DNA of 64,000 nt from Trichoplax adhaerens. Taxonomy: Eukaryota; Animalia; Placozoa. Below, one piece after another: positions 39,375 through 54,439 of this stretch; within the stretch, counting starts at the first letter, position 1; every line of letters begins with the position of its first letter. Made by a program: the position numbers and the translations under genes. The DNA lies in contig NW_002060945.1 in NCBI RefSeq assembly GCF_000150275.1, forward strand, positions 2,937,172 to 3,001,171. The letters are read 5' to 3'. The notes beneath the pieces were generated by a model. The model worked only from the letters and a program-made list of their open reading frames with translations, had not been told where the DNA came from and did no database searches.

Positions 39375-40429
39375 AAACTTATTTTTCCAAGCTTATAGGG
39401 AATATACGGAACAATTTTTACAATTAGCCAATTTTCTATATAGATCTGTATTAACAGGTCTTGCTTAAAGTTTATGGATTCTAAGTGATTTGCCATTCAT
39501 CTTTGACTGTATAAAATGAAACGCAGCTATGCTGATATACTAATACTAACTAGGCTCATGATAAAAAATGTACACAATATCAGCCTCTGCTATTGGAACT
39601 ATTTACAACATTGCCTTAACAAGCTTAAGCGTATGTTTCTGAGTCATTATGTTTTCACATTTTGGACAGTTTCAGTGTATGACTCCACAGATTTGTGTAA
39701 CTTTTAAGTGATTTAATACTTTAACTATAATTTATGACCGATAGCAGCTCTGTTTATTCTTTCAATTTCTTTATATCTGTTTTAAACTAACAAGTACTAA
39801 GATCTTTTATATAAAGTCTTAGATGGCTTATCTAGTTAGCTGTCTTGCGATTTGATAAGAATGGAGCACAAGACTGTCATACCATTCTTTATGAGTACAT
39901 GATTTTATATCTTCGCTTGTTCTGTACTCCGTTTAGTTACTCTATTTTTATTTTATTTTGCTGAAACAAAAAATATAATGTACAGTAAAGATAATATAGT
40001 TCGGCATAACTTTTGTGTATTTATAGCCCAGTCTCAAATTTTACATAAAATAATACAATTCATGTAACTGATAATCCTTTAAACTTGATACGCATAAGAA
40101 TTTCACTATCCTAAACCGGTAGATATTTTGAGAGACTTTAAGAACATTTTTAAATGGAATCGAATTATTTCTTAATAAAAGATTTTAGTACGATATGTTA
40201 ATTTATGTCAGATTATCTATTTGAATTTAATAGCTCTGTAACCATTACTACAAGTTGAGTTTGGGCTATTTTTATTTTATAAGAGATATGACAGCAAATT
40301 GTAACAATATCGTAATTATAATTCACTATCGCACTATACAATAAATCGCTTAAAAAATATTAAAGATTGTTTAATATTTATTTATACGTCAGTGCTCTTT
40401 AAGTATCTACACGAATACGTATATCCCGT

Positions 40430-43400
40430 CTAGTGTTTGTGTTGATTCCTACTTCTGCGGCGTCGTAATTTAGCCATGTTGGTTAACAGAATTTGATTGT
40501 CCGGATTTAGTTTCAAAGCTATGGAATAATAATGTTCAGCTTCGTCCAGCTTGCCTTGGATGTGATTTATAGCTCCAAGATTAACATAGATATTGATGTC
40601 CTAATTTTACGCAAAATTCATTCGTTTTAGTTCAAGCAGTAAAAGCGTGTAAACTACGAATTTATGCGCAGATACAAATACACGAACTTAAATAAATCTA
40701 TATAGATATTTCCATACTCTTATAGTTACTATATAAAATAGTATTGCATCTATTACCTTATTTGATAAATTTAAAGCTGCCTTGAAATATTCCTCTGCTT
40801 TGGAATACAGTTCAGCTTCCCTACAAATCAATTAATAAGTAGCAAAGGTGTAAGCCTTGAGGGTTGTGAATATTCAAGTCCTAGCTCGTAATAGTCATAA
40901 ACCAATGAGTATGATTTTGATTTCACTCATAGTAATCTATTTAGGCAATAATCTCTCAAAATATAAACTTAATAGCAAAAGAAAAAGACCTAAATGCATT
41001 GCCAGCGTTGTATATCACGGACAACTGATTTGGTGCTATCCTTGCAGCTTGACCGAATATTTCAGCGCCTTCTATTTTACGATTGTGATCGAGTAAAAAT
41101 TGACCTTTACAACACAGAAGTAGAAATGATAGATATTAATTTGCTTAGTTATAAAGATTTATTGACCTTGAATACCAAACTATATAACATCCATTAAATT
41201 TTATAGCTTTTTTTACGATAGTATTTGAAGTTTGTTGTAAACAAGTAATTATAAAATCTAATTTCACCCTTTACCGTAGTGTGCTAAAGCATCTGCGTTT
41301 TCCGGCTTAAGCTGAATAGCAGTCTTGTATAGCCTTTCCGCCACTTTTAAATTGCCCTAAATAAGAAACACGTATTAAGTTACGGAAATAAATAATAGTG
41401 AACAAATTTAAAATATATCTGTGTAGTGACTAATAACTATTAACTTCATAGCCTTAGTGACTACGATATAAAATCTTAAGACTAAATGTTAAAAATTGTT
41501 GTAATTCACCACATCCTAATCATTGAAGAGCCATCTATATACATTTTAATGCAAGCATGAACTAAATACAATCCTATTTTGATTAATATCCTATTAGTAT
41601 TGCATTCTATACTTCGCAGATAGCGCTTATTGACAACTTTAATAGTTGATCTACCTTGCTAGCCATGGATTTAGCATAGGTTAGGTACGCGGGAAGATGA
41701 TTTACTTTTTTTGCAATAGCTTTCTTAAACCAAAGTTCAGCACGATCATGCTTGTCTAAACGATTATATGTTTCTCCTAAAACAGTTAATAGACGTATAA
41801 ATGGATAAATACATCACACATTTCACCAATTTATTCAATCCAATAGATAATTTCCTAGTCTCGTTAAATTTACCTATCATATTATAAATGCTGTAAACTG
41901 GATAATCTTCCGGACATTTCTCAACAGCTTTCATAAAATTATCTAGCGCCTCCTACGTCAATATAAATAATATATAATAAGTAATCATGAGGAATTTTTT
42001 GACGGATTTCAATATAAAAAAATAGAACTATTAATAAACGGAATGAGTCTATTCCACGATTAATAATTTGCTAAACCTGCAATTGATTTTCACGCAGTAG
42101 TAAGGTTCCCAAATTGAAAAAAATTCCTGTAACTAAGATTTATAACGCAACAGAAACATTGATGACAGTTTTAATATAAGAATTTCATGATACATTGCTG
42201 AAATACCAAGTGTAGTATTATAAATTTCCCTTATAAAATTATATGACATACTTGAATGTTGCTGAGCTTTAGGGTTTTTAAGACCAACATCATCAAGCTG
42301 CGATCCAAGACGGTAGATCTACAAGAAGAGTTGTAAAATTACCTTTTCATTAGAAAGATGCTGCTATTACACTAGTCCTAAATAAATCTATCGAATGAAA
42401 TATTTCTCGTCTTTTAGTTATATTTTCATATGGTAATCTCAAAGAAATAATTTTCATCAGTAAATCTATTTTGCTCAACTAGATCGTATGTAATCATTCT
42501 GATGAAGACATATTTAAGTTACATCTAAAAATTATGAGATACCAAAATTTTGAACATAGTCATACTATCCGAAAATTTGAAATAATGCGATCGCATTCGC
42601 ACCGCAGCGAAGCAATAAATACAGTAAGTAATACTATGCACTGCAGCAAGTTCTGGAGTTAAACTAGTGAATAGTAGACTACGAAAATCTGACAAGATTT
42701 TAAGATTAAGGAATTTATAAAATGAAAGTAAGCTTATATTGTAAAATTACCTTTATGGCCTCATCTTTCTTTCCTAACTTTTCGTAAACAACACCGATAT
42801 TTAAGTAAGCGGCTGTATTGCATAGGATATCAGTTTAAAGTTTATTAGATTACGAGGAAATTTAAAATCAGCAATTACATTCTATCCATTTGTAGTTATT
42901 AATGTGTATTTAGATAATGTGCTCGAAATTATGGCAAGATATTATTTTAAGTTTATTCTTTGATAGCTGCTTTACCTGCCAACTTCTTTCTAAATTCAAT
43001 TGCTTTCTCATAACATTGCAAAGCCTCGTTGTAGCGTTTAGCATTTTGTAATAAAATACCCCTATTTGGAAATAAATCAGTTTGATAAACCAATCTGACA
43101 TTACTTTATGGTCTACAAGAATTAGTAACACCATCTTTTCTGACAGTATTTTACAAGATTAAGATAAGATCGCATATAGATGTTTAATTTACAAAACTGT
43201 ATCTACAGTCTAGTTACTTACAGGTTATAGTGAGTATCGGCCATATTAGGACGATGAAACAAAGCTTCTTTATAAGCTTTCTCCGCTTCATCAATATCTC
43301 CTTTAGCACTTAAGACATTACCTAAATTGGCTAAAGCTATGGTAAAAAAGTATTATGAGAAAGGATCTGACGTTAACATGTATTGATTCCTAGTGGTAAC

Positions 43401-46400
43401 AATCGTTCATAATTATATATTTGGATAATTTACCTTTAGGCGGATTATACTGTATTCCAGACCTAACATAAAAGTATAACTTCAACTATTAATCATGAAA
43501 ATGCCACTAAAGCCATAAGTTTTGAAGATTCCAGAGAAGTTAAAATTAAATTTGACTGCCGAAGCAATCTATCCATCTTACTTGTAAAGGCTTTCTTCAT
43601 TAAACCAGTCGTCATTGCGTGATATGGTCCTTCCAGTATATAACAGAGCAAGAATGACAACAAACATGTTAACCCACTGATGTAAATTGTAATTTTTTAA
43701 TTTTTGATACATCAACACGACAGCTAATGTTATCAAGAGGCAAAATCCAAGGCTGGGAATATATAATACCCTTTCGGCAACAACAAAGCCGACATAGAAA
43801 AATAAGTTACAAGCTGGTAGAAATGGGATAGCTAACAATGCTAAAGCCATAATGAGAATATCAACAATCCAATCCGTTGATCGATCTATACCAGCACTAG
43901 CAACGGACTGATTTGAGTACAACTGATGATTTTCATGGTGATCATTTGTCGTTATCATATTATTAACTTGGCCATTGCCATGATTACTCCGCTGTTTAAT
44001 TCCTTTCCCATTGCTTTTTAATTTTCGGCTAAAATTGAAAGTTTTTACCGTATGGAAGAAATAGAACGAGAATATAGAGAAAGAAATTGATATTAATCAT
44101 AAAGATAGTATTGATTAGTAAATGCAGTAGTCTGCCTTATTTCTCACCTCTCATAAGAATGACCGTTGCATTGAAGATGGCTTGAAGCAAAGTTATCGCT
44201 GGATTTAGCATCAAGACATTGCTGCAAAAACTTGGAATGAACTAATTTCATGATGATAAGCAGTAAAAGGGCAAGTGCAGTATAAAACAGGAGAGTAGCA
44301 AAATTTCTAAAATCATGAATAGACTGGATTAAAGGAATTGCATTCATTGACCAATCGAAATTTAAATGATTTGGATAAAGTAAGAGGTAAACGTTAAAAG
44401 CCGGTAGATAATTAAATGTTAATATTCGAGTTAAAAGATGATCACAATGTGAAGCTGGATTATCAGATGATGAAAAAGATGGAGTGATGGAACCCATAAT
44501 ATACCATCTTATAGCCATCATGACGAAACCAGTTATGACTAAAATCATACTTCGAGTAAAGACAAGATAGATTTGACCAAGGCGTTTCTTCCTTCCATGA
44601 CGACCATCATATAATAATATTAAGATAGTTTGACGATGAAGGATGAATATATCATAAATAATGCAAATACCAAGCACAGTAATGCCTTGCTCTTTCATAA
44701 GCATTGCGCTAATGGCACAAAGCAAGCATAATACTAATTTTAAGGATGATCCTTGACCGCTATAATCTGCATTATTGCTGTGTCTATCATTATCAACCCG
44801 ATTTTTTAGATTATTCTTTATATAGCGGTATGGATGTGAAGAAAAGGGAGAGTGAGAAATCATTTGCTTAGAAACTAACTGGCAATAATCCATGTAAGAC
44901 AATAAGGACAGTAAGTAGAAGAAGCAACAGCCAACATCAGCTCGACCTACAAGGCCTGTAACAGCTTCAGTATGAATAGGATGAGTGGCAAAGAGAATAG
45001 CAGCAATTGTAGCTGCATAACTTGACATGGATAATGCTTGTTTATAACCATTCTCTATTTCCTTCCTGTCAGTAACGACGATATGCTTACCATTGCTGTT
45101 ATTATTATTTGTATTGGAACCAATTATTGTTTCCTTGCCATGATAATCATATCCTGACAGTAACCTTTTAGTAAGCTGATAGAAAAGAAGTGTTGATATA
45201 ACATGAAGCAAGACATTAACTAAATGAAAGCCAAATGGCCGAACTTGATGTAGCATAAAGTTAAGACGGAAAGTAGCCACACATAATGGCCGATAGGATT
45301 TATGGCTACCACTATGAGTGATTGACGTTCCCCAGTAGTCGTTAAAGAATACATGAGACCAAGGTGTCTTACAAGTCACGTCGGCATTTTCCAGAATGGC
45401 TCGACTAAATAATGAGGTCAAAATGATTAATGATATTTAACTTAATTGATACATTAGAATAAAAAATAGTATTTCAATTAATATTTTATTCATTTATTAA
45501 GTGGATTGAACTGTATTGCAAACGAATAAAGGAGAGAGACTATTTTAAATAGACGTTTGATAGAAAGTATTTGTAAAAATGGGTATGACCAATTGATGGA
45601 CCAACTACCGTCATTCATGTCCAAAATAAGTTGACAACTGGCCAATACTTATAATAGATACTCATATATGTATATTAAAATAATATTTCTTACAGCTAGA
45701 AATGAGCCCCTCAACTTAGGAACTCAGTCCAGAGTTATATTGCTTATTCCTATACGCTAAATGAACTTTATTTAGTAAGGAAAAATGGTACCTATAACAA
45801 TTTATATTATACTCTACAATTATGCAGACTATAAATACAATCGAAATTCTCTTAAAACGCAGTCTGAAATTATCCGTTTTTCCAAGACGGACTTGTACAT
45901 TTTTTACTTACGGAGGGAAATAACAACCTAGGTAATTGATCGGCATCAGTAAGTAGTGCCGGTGCTATACTTCTGATTTTAGATATGATCAGTTATTTTA
46001 TTTTAAAGAAGTACGAAAATGACGACATATTCGATATACGAGAATCTCTGCCAATTCTTAAGCTCTTAAAATACTTTTAGAAATCAAATTAAACATCTAC
46101 GAAATAATTGATAGACAATCAGCTTGTTTTCTGGAACCATCTATAGCTATTACTTTCGGTAGGACATATGCAATGGTATACCGAAAGGAACTTTTTGATA
46201 GTTGATTGTTAATTAAACTATAATTTAGTGTAGATTTTGCGACATAGAAATTGTAACTTGATGCTTAGTAGTACAGAAACATGCATAAGAAATACTGACT
46301 AAAAGTTAGCGGACATATTAGTATACGACCTTCAAAGACATTGAATATTGGTCAACTAATGTTGATATCTTAACGGTTTAAGGTTGTTATTTTAAAAGAA

Positions 46401-47568
46401 TAGAGAATGAGATTTCCCCATCTTATGGCACAAAATGAGCGATCCAAATATGGACGGGTAGAATCTCTTAAAAGTTCACATTGAAACTTTAAAGGCAATA
46501 AGGAAGAAAATATTATTACTTAGAGCAACGGTACAGTGACGATAAAGTAACAGTATCCATTATGCCATCTATGAAGATTTTATATAGTTTTAAAGGGGAA
46601 ATATCGAGCAAGACTAGAACTACTTTATTACTTTCCGATCGCAGTGGCAAACACTTATACATGGCTATTAGTGATTCCACTGTACAGTAGTTAGAATTAA
46701 TACAAATGGCGAATGCATTGAATTAAATGGAGGTTGTACTCTAATTCGGAGAGACTATATCAGCCAAAATCAAAACGTAATTTCCATCATAACCTCTACA
46801 CCGCTGCAAAGTTACCGATGCATGACTACTCAAGATCGATCCATTTGGATCTATAATGATTATAACAGTTTATTCTCATGGCTATCAAAATTTAATATAG
46901 ATGATGAAGGCATTGGATTACAAATCAATCGGTTTAATCCATTATAAATGGCGATGATCTGTTGGACAACATCAAACTTGACATGCAAGAAACAAAGAGA
47001 AACAAAAACAAAAGGAAAGGATTATATTACTGTCTATTATGGATTGCCTCTACTAATGCAGTAATAATGATTTATTAAATTGTTCATTTACGATTGGATT
47101 TTATAATCTCTAACGCCAACCAGATCACTCAAATTGATTTATTCCTCTCTTGCTTGTTATCGTGATGATAGAATCAGTCAACGATTTGATCTTGATTACT
47201 ATATCATCAAGGATTGAGTGTTATTGGTCTGATTGGATTGCGTTGTTACACTCGGATAAAATGGAGATTAAAATGAAAAGGTTAATTCATGGCAACAGTA
47301 ACAATACATTGCTTAAGGTATTATAATTTTGTATGAAAAGGCACTAACTCAATTTACACGTTATTTTGTCTTGATGGCAGATTTTTCTCTATCTATACGT
47401 GTACATCGTTGATTGATAGAACGTAATATATAAATCTTCTTATTCTACTAATAGGTTTGGAGTACAGGTTTATAATACTTACTTGTCATCATAAGCAAAA
47501 CCACTTTGTAAAGCATTCCAATAAGCGAAGAAAATAATCCCGGGCAAATAAAAATAGTGGCCTACCAT
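40430..47568 (-). CDS. TMTC2: Protein O-mannosyltransferase TMTC2-like (GT-C, DUF1736, TPR repeats); ~14 exons
   Basis: Exon 1 (47568-47483) ...FAYDD|NRAI; exon 2 NDYWGTSITHSGSHKSYRPLC, HPIHTEAVTGLVGRAD, DNPAS, FDWSM; FYVGFVVAERVLYIPSLG; TPR exons down to TAG 40430-40432. Confidence 0.92.
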
Positions 47569-48821
47569 TACTCAAATCGGTCTATTCTTTTCGACATGGT
47601 AGTCGTCAACTCGTTCAGGCTAAGGGTTGTGAAGAACTAGTTACTTTTATTCTCTAGGAATCATTTTCATTGTCAACAGCCAGTGGCTACCCTTCTTATG
47701 TAAATTCTAGCACTTATTGTTATTCATGAATCATCCATTAATGATATACTAATAACATTATTCTTTCTAAATATACTGCTATGATAGTAAAAGACTTGGA
47801 CAACTTGTTATTGAAGCACTATTCATGAACAAAGGATAACTAATAAGATTGGAGTGGATAGTCAATATCCATGCAACAACCAATTGTTAAGGAGCTTGGA
47901 GGTTATTATTTTTCAATCCTATCCAAATACGAATGGTATGCTGCCCAATGCGCAGCGTCGCTATCCCGGATCTGTGGACTATCCAGTTTCATCTACTGTA
48001 TATTAACCTCAACTGTCTATCCCTTAACGATTGATCCACTACAGGACATGAACATCTCATCTCATTTTAGACTTTGTTACTGGTTTATCAGAAAAAATAG
48101 GAATACCCTCGTCCAAGCGTAACTGCCCTGATTGCTTGTGCCTGCATTCGTTTATTTATTTTACGTAGCGATCGACTCTCCTGGTGTTGATAATAATCGA
48201 TCAATAATGCCTACGTATAATTTTATAACAGTTGTATTTTATTTTCAGGTGGAATTAAAGGGATTGCAGTCTTTTAATTATAGTAGAATCGACCATCTCG
48301 AAAATTATAGTAATAAATTGACGCCATCCTACATGTAAAACTGATCCCTTTTCTCCCTGTTTGCGTATGCTGATACAATAACAAGACATATGCATCCTTT
48401 TCTCTTACTGTAAACAAACGCAAGATTAGCATTAACTTGACTTGACATAGAGGTAAAAATTAGACAAATTGCAACAGATTGGATTGTGTATTCCTAGTCT
48501 GCAATGAGAATAAAAGCTATGCATTGATTCTTGGAACTCAATGATAACCGGATGGCACGATTGTTTATCAAGCAGTAATATGCCAGTTAGAAACAATAGG
48601 CAATAGCAAGGTGTTTTACCCTGAAGGATAAAAACATTATTCTACTAGTATGTTATATTATCCAGTCCACTCATGATTTCTCACTCAATTCACTGGGAGG
48701 GAAATCTAGACTTCTTCGAAAGTAGATTGTCAATGGCAGATTATCAAAAATCACAGGGAAGACGATCAGATCGACCGGTTTAATACGCTAGCAGGTATTC
48801 CAGTACTTCATCTTTCGGAGA

Positions 48822-48999
48822 GGGGGGGGGGGGCACTTGCTGAATTGCCAATGGTTTGCTGTATTGATAGTAAGCCAATGCCTCTTTCTTTTAACAAATT
48901 GTTGGTGGTCTGTGATCGGATAGGATGCTTAGTATTGAATCTGTACAATTTGATAGCAATAATAAATAGTAAAATGCTGTCTTGGGGGGGGGGGGGGGG
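48822..48999. repeat. Two poly-G homopolymers (G12 at 48822-48833, G16 at 48984-48999)
   Basis: Seen directly. Confidence 0.9.
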
Positions 49000-49339
49000 C
49001 TCTTATTCTGCTGCTTTGATGGGTTGGCATTCCCCTCGAGATTACCACGTAAGGTAAGTGCAGAGCCAGAACTGTTATCACAGTAACTAGCGGACCTGTA
49101 AAAATTCCACGAAAAATAGTGCGATTGAAGTTGGTCAACTCAATCATAGCAGTACTCTGGTAGGCTGTCCTCAGTAGGCCAAGCCATATCAACATCGATA
49201 TCTTAAATACTTAAAAATGGCATCAAATTTGAGTTCTAAATTGTAAGAGTGATGCATCATCGTTTCTTAAAGCAACTTACGCTGAGAGTTTGAAGATATC
49301 CATATTGATATGGCTGGGCCTAAAGGGACCGCTGACCTA

Positions 49340-49680
49340 CAGTATTTTGATGTACTGTACAGCTTTTAGAAATACTGCACTGTACTGTACAGTATAGCCA
49401 TCTGACTGCTGAGTGTACAGTACAGTGCACTGTGTGACCGATTATAGTACTGTACACAGTACAGTACGGTACAATGTGTTGTTGTCTTGACGATTGAGCT
49501 CTGCATTTGGACTCCTTGCTACAGGTTACCAAGCTTCGCCTAGTGCTAGAGGAAAAGCTAAATGCTCTAACTTTGCACTCATTATTACAGTACAAGTACA
49601 ATCTCTATCGTTATATTGTATATAAGACAGTATTGAACTAGAGCTCATTGAGAACTCTTACAAAGTACAGGCTGTACTAC
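49340..49680. promoter_or_regulatory. GTAC-word island immediately upstream of NADSYN1 and divergent from TMTC2
   Basis: tgtactgtacagc, tactgcactgtactgtacagta, gtacagtacagtgcactg, tagtactgtacacagtacagtacggtac, ending ~55 bp before the NADSYN1 ATG. Confidence 0.5.
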
Positions 49681-49734
49681 CAGGTAGAACTAAATTTTTA
49701 CTTTTGCTACTTCTTGTTATTGGCATAACCAAAC

Positions 49735-52700
49735 ATGGACCGTTTAATTACACTTGCTACCTGCAATTTGGATCAATGGGCAATGGATTTTGAAGGAAAT
49801 TTGAATAGAATTCGCCAAAGCAGGCAATAGAGACTTGTCCTATACTTCGGAGTACCGTAAATAATCGTTCTAATGCTCAATCAATAGAAGTTGATTGAGT
49901 TTCTTATCACATACATTATTCTTATTCCACAATAGAATTGCTAACTTAATTGTGCATCGTAGTAGCTGCAATATTTTGAGCGATAATGAATCATAGTCTT
50001 TATGATATATAAACTATATTGTAATATGACCATGAAACGAACCATTCTTCTTATCCAATTCTCCGATCTTAGGTATCAAGATAGCGAAAGAAGCCGGTGC
50101 TAAATATCGTCTTGGACCCGAATTAGAAATTTGGTAATGATGAAATATCTACTAAATCACATTCATTGTATGATTATCACAATCTTTGTGTTATTCTGTA
50201 CTTGTATCAATGACGTACCTGTTTATTAATTGCCAAAAAAATAAATCTTTGTCAAACTATAGTGGATATGGTTGTGGAGATCATTTTTACGAAAGTGATA
50301 CATTTACCCATTCTTGGCAAGTCCTAGCAGAGCTATTGAAATGTCCAGAAACGAAAGATATGCTATGCGATGTTGGCATGTAAGTGTGTTATTAGTTATT
50401 CTACCCCAAGAATGCCTTCAATCCAAGAGATCACTTACTGAATCGTGTAAATGAAGGAAAAGTAGCACTATTATAGAATAGATAAATTTATACCCCTTCC
50501 TAGTATCATATTATGATAGCACAATGGCAAACATAATTAATCTTCACGCTTATATAAAATGAATCAATCTTACATTTTTAGGCCGGTCATGCACAAGAAC
50601 ACTGCATACAACTGCCGAATATTTTTTCTTAACGGGTACTAATTTAATACTTGCGTACTTTTATCCTACTTATTGTTTCTTAATTGAAGTTGAACTGATC
50701 GTAACCACCAAGAAAATAGACTACATTAGCCCTAGATTCATACGAATTTAAATTGAAATAAAAGTATTATCTTTAATTGTTAACAGTACATTACATTCCC
50801 CTAAGGCTGACCATTTTTGTAACACTATCTAGTAAAATACTCTTAATACGGCCTAAGAAAGCTATGGCAGATGATGGTGTATATCGTGAAGGAAGATGGT
50901 TTGCTTCTTGGATTAAGGAAAAGTTAGCCCATTTAGCTTTTACAAATTATACTGTGACAAATAGATGTATGATGTCTCTACGCAGACTCAATCCTATCTT
51001 TATGTTGATAATTTTGCAGCCAAATGATGATTTTGTATTCATTCTGCTATCTTAACTTAAATTACTCTATAGCTACTAATGTCTAAAGTGGATAATTTTT
51101 TCTCAAATCAAAATTTGTGTATTCTGTGTTGTAGAATGGTAGATGACTATAATTTGCCACCCTTTATCTCCAATATTACTGGACAGGTAATACGTTCAAG
51201 ATTGATTGCCATAAGGAGAATCAATATCTTTAATCCATACAAGTTGTAATTACAATTCTTATCAATAGTCTGACTAAGGATAGATGATTGTTGGCATACT
51301 TTTTCCAAAATAGAGCAATGCAACTAAAATTTGTATTATAATAGCAACTTGTTTTAGTAATAGCTCGTGATATCGGAGAGCTTTACTGTAGTTAAGAAAT
51401 ATCATTCTGTCTCTATGTAGACTACCGTTCCAATTGGAGACGCTGTCATCCAGACATCTGATACTTGTCTTGGAAGTGAAATATGTGAAGAATTCTTTAC
51501 AGCTGATAGGTAAAGCGTGCATTTCCTTGTAATTTTTATTAATACCGGATCGTAGTCTTGACTATAACGTCAATAAAATAATTCTATCTTTATAACTAAT
51601 AACAGCACCCACGTAAAAATGGCTCTTGATGGTGTGGAGATTATTACTAACGGTAGTGGTAGTCATCATGCATTAAGGAAAGCAAAGCGTAGATTTGATC
51701 TAATGCGTGCCGCAACAGCAAAGGTTAATAATAGCTTATGATATGTTTTTACCATGTCTTAACCTAGGAATTAAATAAATTATTCAATTTTTATATAAAA
51801 GTAATAAATATTCGAAATTAAATCAGTCTTATCAAGCAAATATTATTTGGATTATGCACCTCGTAAAAGTACTGGCTAAACAACTTGGTTGTGGCTTTCT
51901 TTATTTCATAGACTAGCATTAGATGTGACAACATTTATTAGATGTCCTTTACTTTATATTTTCTACCGATAATTAATTCATCATGTTAATATATCGATAA
52001 AATCTCTCTAGCTCTTTTCATCTACGCTCTTATACTTGTAAATACTGTTTTGGATGATGGATATACGGCCACTATTCAATTTAGTATAAATTCTTTTATA
52101 TTCTATTTGATGCCATTGAACTGATAAAGTGAAAATTTACTTTCTATACGTGTAGACCGGTGGTATTTACTTATTTGCAAACCAACGTGGCTGTGATGGT
52201 GATCGTATGTACTACGATGGAAACTGTATCATAGCGCGAAATGGTGATATCATGAATTACGGGTCCAAATTTTCATTAGAAGAAGTGGTACAACACAACG
52301 TTATTATTTACTTTGGGAATATACTGAACAACTAAACTATATTATGATACCTTTTTTGATAGGAGGTCATAACTGCAACTTTAGATCTGGAAGATGTTCG
52401 GACTTATCGCAATGCTATGACTAGTGTAAGATTACACTCGTCAGCCGCTACTAGTTACCCTAGAATCAGAGTTGATTTTAAGCTAACACACGATACAATC
52501 GATGTCATGTTAACAAACCCTGCAACTGTCGATTATGCAACACCTGAGGAAGAAATTTGTTATGGCCCTGCATGCTGGATGTGGGATTATTTACGACGAA
52601 GTGGACAGCATGGATTTTTTTTACCTCTTAGTGGAGGAATAGATAGTTCCGCAACAGCCTGTATCGTATCTTCAATGTCTCATTTAGTATGTAATGCTTG

Positions 52701-54016
52701 TATTAATGGCAATCAACAAGTTATTACAGATGCTCGACGAATCGTAGGTGATGATTCGTATATCCCAACTGAACCCAAAGAATTTACCAATCGAATATTT
52801 ACTACATGTTATTTGGGAACAGTAAACTCATCAACACACACTAGAGAAAGGGCAAAAAATCTTGCCGGTCAACTAGGCAGCTATCATCTTAGTATTGTTA
52901 TCGATACTGCAATTACTGCAATCATTTCTATTTTTACTAGTGTAACAGGAAAAACTCCAAAATTTCGTGCAAATGGTGGATCATTCTGTGAAAATCTTGC
53001 TTTGCAAAATATACAAGCTCGTATTCGAATGGTTCTGTCATACCTATTTGCACAACTTATTTTATGGTCTCGAGGATTGCCTGGCAGTTTACTGGTGTTA
53101 GGATCGGCAAACGTCGATGAAGCTTTATGCGGCTATATGACGAAATACGACTGTTCTAGCGCCGACATTAACCCTATCGGAGGAATTAGTAAAACCGATT
53201 TGAGATCTTTCATAAAATTCTTTCGAAGTAAGTACGATATACCTGCTTTGGATAGTATTTATGAAGCCCCACCTACAGCCGAATTAGAACCATTAAGTGA
53301 AGGCGAAATTAGCCAAACTGATGAAGTATGTAGCGTGAACCTCTCTATAGTATTATGATACTAAGCTCATATACCCGTAACGTGCCTTTAGTTTTCATCC
53401 CAGTAATTATTCAAATTAAACTTGTAGGAAGATATGGGAATGACCTATGAAGAGTTATCGTTTTATGGAAGGCTTCGAAAAGTTAATTTTTGCGGGCCAT
53501 ACAGCATGTTTTGCAAATTAGTCAGCTCATGGAAAAATAAATATACTATAACTAAGGTATTATAAGCAATTCTAGGTTTACTACAATTGTTATCATGTTA
53601 TTAACATATCTACGAATATATTTATCTCTTTAGATTGCAGACAATGTAAAGCACTTCTTCCGCAGGTACTCAATCAATAGACATAAAATGACAACTCTAA
53701 CTCCTGCCTGTCACCTTGAAAATTATAGCCCGGACGATAATCGATTCGATCTTAGACAGTTTCTTTACAACATTAATTGGACTTGGCAATTTCGTGCCAT
53801 CGATAATGAGGTCCGCACTTGATATAATATTGTAATATTCCGTTGTAAAAGATCTTTAGTTAAAACGAACAGTCGATTGTATATAATTTATCTCTGTATT
53901 GATTATTGATCCGGCTATTCTTTATAATTAGAATATACTTTAATTTTTGAGATCGTTCTAAATGACTCTTCAATTTTTCTTAATAGATCGATCAACTGAA
54001 TAAGAAGACCAGTTGA
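49735..54016 (+). CDS. NADSYN1: Glutamine-dependent NAD+ synthetase; 13 exons
   Basis: [16 protein letters not shown]; nitrilase triad E-K-C (GPELEI, IRPKK, EICEE); [14 protein letters not shown]; PLSGGIDSS; [10 protein letters not shown]; [17 protein letters not shown]; HKMTTLTP. Confidence 0.96.
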
Positions 54017-54439
54017 AAACTATGGTGTCATTGAAATATTGGCATACTTTTATGCTAATTTAGGGATGCTTACGATGTTAGTATACTTGTGTAAATGAAT
54101 GCATTTCATCATAATATGTTAAAAAAATTTTATAGCATATCGCATTGTTTTTAAATTATTACCACTTTTATTATTAACAATTTAATTAAGTTCGAGAAAA
54201 TAGCAAATGTAATAATTATCGCTATAATAAAGGTATAACTACTACACTATTTACAATGGTGCTTTAGTAGCGCACATACCGGGAAACTTTCCAAGCCATT
54301 TTACTGATAAAGTTATATTGTATTTAAATCTTTAACATACAAGTATCAACGTTACAGTACATTTACATTTGATTACTATAAATTAAGCACAAAAAAATTG
54401 GGGGTTGCGTAACCAGATAAGCTCTGTTTGTGTACCATA

